A DNA stretch of 61,860 nt, counting the filler, from Nemertoderma westbladi (lineage: Eukaryota > Animalia > Xenacoelomorpha), in the NCBI GenBank assembly GCA_032718475.1. It is 4 parts of 4 records of this genome, joined end to end, with 100 filler letters (N's around TTAATTAATTAA, not from the genome) between each part and the next. Parts side by side here need not be neighbours in the genome. Positions count along the whole stretch, not along the records: positions 56,923 to 61,860 come from JAUCBJ010002338.1; 3 more parts are not named here. One strand, given 5' to 3'. The position numbers and the translations under genes are program-made. Shown in pieces: positions 57,387-61,860 of the stretch (the first letter of the stretch is position 1; each line of letters starts with the position of its first letter). Below the pieces are notes generated by a model. The model was not told where the DNA came from. It ran no database searches and saw nothing but the letters and a program-made list of their open reading frames with translations.

Positions 57387-58841
57387 GGGTGAGTATAAAA
57401 CAAAGACAAAATACCCAATTAAGTAATAATCTTCTAACAAGTGTTAACTTTTGTTTATTGCTTTGGTTGCCCCTACACGCCCCTGTAACCGGCTCCTTTA
57501 AATGGCAATGGGACCTGAACAAAACAAAGAGGTAAAGTCGCGTTACGACCCAAAGAGCGTTAGGTCACAAAGAGCGTTAGGTTCCAAAGAGCGTTATGGT
57601 CCCAAAGAGCGTTAGGTCCCAAAAAGCGTTATGGTCCCAAAGAGCGTTAGGTCCCAAAGAGCGTTATGGTCCCAAAGAGCGTTATGGTCCCAAAGAGCGT
57701 TATGGTCCCAAAGAGCGTTGGGTCCCAAAGAGCGTTATGGTCCCAAAGAGCGTTGGGTCCCAAAGAGCGTTATGGTCCCAAAGAGCGTTATGGTCCCAAA
57801 GAGCGTTAGGTCCCAAAGAGCGTTGGGTCCCAAAGAGCGTTATGGTCCCAAAGAGCGTTGGGTCCCAAAGAGCGTTACGGTCCCAAAGAGCGTTAGGTCC
57901 CAAAGAGCGTTATGGTCCCAAAAAGCGTTATGGTCCCAAAGAGCGTTAAGTCCCAAAGAGCGTTATGGTCCCAAAGAGCGTTATGGTCCCAAAGAGCGTT
58001 AGGTCCCAAAGAGCGTTATGGTCCCAAAGAGCGTTAGGTCCCAAAGAGCGTTATGGTCCCAAAGAGCGTTAGGTTCCAAAGAGCGTTATGGTCCCAAAGA
58101 GCGTTAGGTCCCAAAAAGCGTTATGGTCCCAAAGAGCGTTAGGTCCCAAAGAGCGTTATGGTCCCAAAGAGCGTTATGGTCCCAAAGAGCGTTATGGTCC
58201 CAAAGAGCGTTGGGTCCCAAAGAGCGTTATGGTCCCAAAGAGCGTTGGGTCCCAAAGAGCGTTACGGTCCCAAAGAGCGTTAGGTCCCAAAGAGCGTTAT
58301 GGTCCCAAAGAGCGTTATGGTCCCAAAGAGCATTATGGTCCCAAAGAGCGTTATGGTCCCAAAGAGCGTTAAGTCCCAAAGAGCGTTATGGTCCCAAAGA
58401 GCGTTATGGTCCCAAAGAGCGTTAGGTCCCAAAGAGCGTTATGGTCCCAAAGAGCGTTAGGTCCCAAAGAGCGTTATGGTCCCAAAGAGCGTTATGGTCC
58501 CAAAGAGCGTTATGGTCCTAAAGAGCGTTAGGTCCCAAAGAGCGTTAGGTCCCAAAGAGCGTTAGGTCCCAAAGAGCGTTATGGTCCCAAAGAGCGTTAG
58601 GTCCCAAAGAGCGTTATGGTCCCAAAGAGCGTTATGGTCCTAAAGAGCGTTATGGTGCCAAAGAGCGTTAGGTCCCAAAGAGCGTTAGATCACAAAGAGC
58701 GTTAGGTCCCAAAGAGCGTTATGGTCCCATTGCCACGTTAGGAGCACGTTAGTAAAGGAGCAGGTTACAGAGGCGTGTTGGGTGAACCAAAACGAAAGTT
58801 AACACATGTTCTTTGTACAGGTCTTTGTTTTGTACTCACCC
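57387..58841. mobile_element. Non-autonomous Mutator-like element carrying an internal minisatellite
   Basis: TIR GGGTGAGTATAAAACAAAGAC / GTCTTTGTTTTGTACTCACCC plus further inverted blocks; 10-bp TSD GGTTATTGAT (57377-57386) / GCTTATTGAT (58842-58851). Confidence 0.8.
57540..58728. repeat. 17/18-bp minisatellite GGTCCCAAAGAGCGTTA(T)
   Basis: Visible directly; unit pattern recurs at a 492-bp offset (ORF starts 57596/58088 and 57631/58123). Confidence 0.97.
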
Positions 58842-59535
58842 GCTTATTGATATATATTTAAATTATACAGGTTGATTTCTTTAGACGCAATTCCAGTGGA
58901 AGTGAATAAAAGTTTTCAAACCATGTTAAATATTTTATGGAATCAAGGCATTCTAGAACGGTTAGGGTTGAGAAATTCATTTATTAAGTTACAACTCGTA
59001 TTGTATTCATTATCAAATCGTAAAATTATGGGAATGAATGACATAATAGTGAATCATTATAGTAATTAATTAACACATTGGTTATTTATGAACAACAATA
59101 ATTAATAGCAGCACAATTGGTATTGGTGGAACAAATGTGTATGCCGCTACCGTGGCAACAGGTAATACATTAAATTGAAACATCTTTCCGTTAACTCGAA
59201 TAAAACGACTAAGACATAGGAGTCCGGATGGATAGAAAAACAAAATATATAAAATACAAAAAGGGATTTCTTAAATTTTGCTAATTTTATATAAAAATCA
59301 CTTTCAATGTAGTTTTATTGGTCCTGCGAATTACCCAAAAAAACACAAAGTTTTACAACTATTTTTTTTAGGTATTTTTTGTGTGTAAGTCGTAGGACTT
59401 TAGTTTTATTCGAGTTAATAGAGTTAACTTGTTCTCCCAACTGGCTATTAGATTGTTATACAACTCAAACAATAACAAAATCCTCCACCAGTAAACATCT
59501 CCATCTACTACAGTTGATATTAATTAATTAATTAA

Positions 59536-60467
59536 CTAATACCTATAATGATCCGGTTTAAAGGGTCCGTCCTTATTAACCCCGAGGTAAGCCGCCTGCT
59601 TGTCGCTCAACTTACTCAACTTGACGCCCAACTTATCGAGATGCAGTCTGGCCACCTCCTCGTCCAACTTCTTGGGCAGCATGTAGACCCCGAGCTTATA
59701 CTCGGCGGACTTACCCCACAACTCGATCTGCGCGAGAACTTGGTTAGTGAAGGAGTTACTCATCACGAAACTGGGATGCCCTGTGGCGCAACCGAGGTTA
59801 GCCAATCGGCCTTCAGCTAGGAGGATAACATGATTTCCATTGGCCAATCGGTATCGGTCTACTTGCGGCTTTATATTAACGCGAGTCGCGTTCTCTTTCA
59901 ACCATTTCACATCGATTTCGCAGTCGAAATGCCCGACGTTACACACGATGACGTCATTCTTCATCCGGGAGAACTCCTTCCCGGTGATTATATCCTCGCA
60001 TCCGGTGCTAGTAATAAAGATATCGCCTCTCTCGACGGCGCTGTCCATATCGGTTACCTCGTAGCCCTCCATCGCGGCCTGGAGGGCGTTTATCGGGTCG
60101 ATCTCGGTGACCACCACACGACTGCCGTACAACCGACTCCCTTGCGCGGCCCCCTTCCCCACGTCCCCGTAACCGCAGACGACCACGACTTTGCCGGCTA
60201 ACATTATGTCGGTGGCTCGTTTGATCCCGTCGACGCAACTCTCTCGGATCCCGTAGAGGTTGTCGAACTTGCTTTTAGTGACGCTGTCGTTCACGTTGAT
60301 GGCGGGGACCTTGAGGCTGCCGTCCTTCATCATCTTGTAGAGAGCGTGGACCCCGGTGGTGGTCTCCTCCGTGATACCCCGGATGCCGGGGAGGTAGTCC
60401 GGGTGTTTGTTGTGGACGAGGGCCGTTAGGTCTCCTCCATCATCCAGTATCATGTTGAGAGGTTTAC
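59536..60467 (-). CDS. AHCY: S-adenosylhomocysteine hydrolase, exon 2
   Basis: [49 protein letters not shown]-terminal PDHYRY; AG acceptor at 60468-60469. Confidence 0.97.
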
Positions 60468-61136
60468 CTAGAATAGTTGGAGGGGTTGTTGTTAAATAAT
60501 TTAATATATTTTATTCTTAAGCTGTTACTTTTTCGATCGAATTTTTCCAAAAATCGGGAGAGAGAAGTAGCTTTTTTCACTAGGATAATAAGTAACCCAT
60601 AGGATTGCATAGGATTTAATTTGAGCGGTTGTTTTAATGTAATTAAGTTAATGTAGTTAAAGCGGATCTGTAGTTACGTAATAAATATTCGAGAACGATA
60701 AATTATTTTTACAGGCAGAATCAGGAGTTGAAGAGTACAATAATTAGAATCGCAGTAACCATGGAAGCAATTAATATAGTAAAAACTACAGTTCAATTAA
60801 TTTTGTAACACTAAATCCATATCGCTCTATCTTTTTGGGAAAAAATCGTAGGTTAACCTCGCTGGCACTCGGTAAATAAATTGCCTCGTGAATAGTGAAA
60901 AAAAGTTCATACTTTTTTCCCATGTAATAAATAATTATTATGAGGGTCAAATTATTAAAGGAAATAAATTTAACGATCAAAATCGTTATAATATTCAGAT
61001 ATTGCAAGAAATAAATAATAATTCAATTACTAATCAAAAACTGCCTACCTGTTTACCCCTACCCTGTACCATCTGCAGTAGGCCTACAGCAGTAGGCTAC
61101 CCGGGCATACATTAGTCTCCAATCTACAGTACTCAC

Positions 61137-61497
61137 CATCGGGAAACACCAAGGACTGCTCTATACACCAGGTATATTCCTCCTCCGTCTCGCCCTTCCA
61201 CGCGTACACCGCTATGCCTCTAGCGGCCATTGCGGCTGCCGCGTGGTCCTGGGTCGAGAATATATTGCAGCTGCTCCACTGGACCTCGGCTCCCAGCTCC
61301 AGCAGCGTCTCCATCAGCACCGCGGTCTGTATCGTCATGTGCAGACAGCCGGCGATCCGCGCCCCGCGCAACGGCTTAGAAACCCCAAAACGTTGTCGCA
61401 ACGCCATCAATCCAGGCATCTCGTTTTCCGCCATTTCAATCTCTTTTCGTCCGAAATCTGCCAGACTGATGTCGGCTACTTTATAACGTTGAGGCAT
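61137..61497 (-). CDS. AHCY: S-adenosylhomocysteine hydrolase, exon 1
   Basis: [44 protein letters not shown]; GTGAGT donor at 61136; splicing gives FPDGKPLNM in frame, 430 aa. Confidence 0.97.
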
Positions 61498-61860
61498 GAT
61501 GGCGGCTTATAGAGTTTGTTTATATGCCGGACCGGTATAATTAAAATTAAAATAAAGTAATTTTACAATTTACAAGACGAAGACCTAAAAACCTAACTTA
61601 AGTACTGAAGTAAGATTGTACCGACTGACACATTAGGCCTGTGGACGCCTACAGCCCTACTCACACAGGGCTACAGGCAGACCGGTAGTGGTACCGATAC
61701 CGTACCGATATTGTAGTAAATTATGTCTCTGCTTCCTTGTAGTACAATAGTAGGAAGGATAAAACGTCTGTCTTTATCTGATATTTATCTGATAGCTTTA
61801 TACAGTTATAGTTATACTATTGGTTTATCTCTTTATACTAATGTGAACAAGGTACGGGCA

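Noticed and set aside
57596-58425. GPKERY-repeat ORFs
   Set aside because: Translations of the 17/18-bp minisatellite inside a TIR element.

Overview
Repeat-rich animal genomic DNA, probably invertebrate. It consists of four contig pieces joined by artificial 100-bp linkers (44N-TTAATTAATTAA-44N), so neighbourhood across the linkers cannot be trusted. Three host genes are supported, all intron-poor: an intronless lethal-giant-larvae (Lgl) homolog with a long acidic tail, an intronless divergent Cys-loop anion channel subunit, and S-adenosylhomocysteine hydrolase (AHCY) with one intron. The rest is nested mobile DNA. Retroelements: Penelope-like remnants with two well-formed minimal hammerhead ribozymes, an RTE LINE family (one intact copy, two truncated), and CR1, CRE-like and RTEX-like fragments. 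DNA transposons: P-element and piggyBac pseudogenes, a Pif1-like helicase remnant, and Mutator-like foldback elements with 9-10 bp TSDs. Tandem repeats: a 20-bp minisatellite and a ~12-kb 49-bp satellite. The most striking items are (1) a decayed Mutator-type transposon encoding PHD finger + OTU/vertnin-like protease + DDE transposase, whose DGNC catalytic motif only reappears once a LINE inserted exactly inside it is removed, and (2) a TSD-flanked ~290-bp non-coding element carrying a hammerhead between inverted repeats. All calls come from reading motifs by eye; no database search was run.
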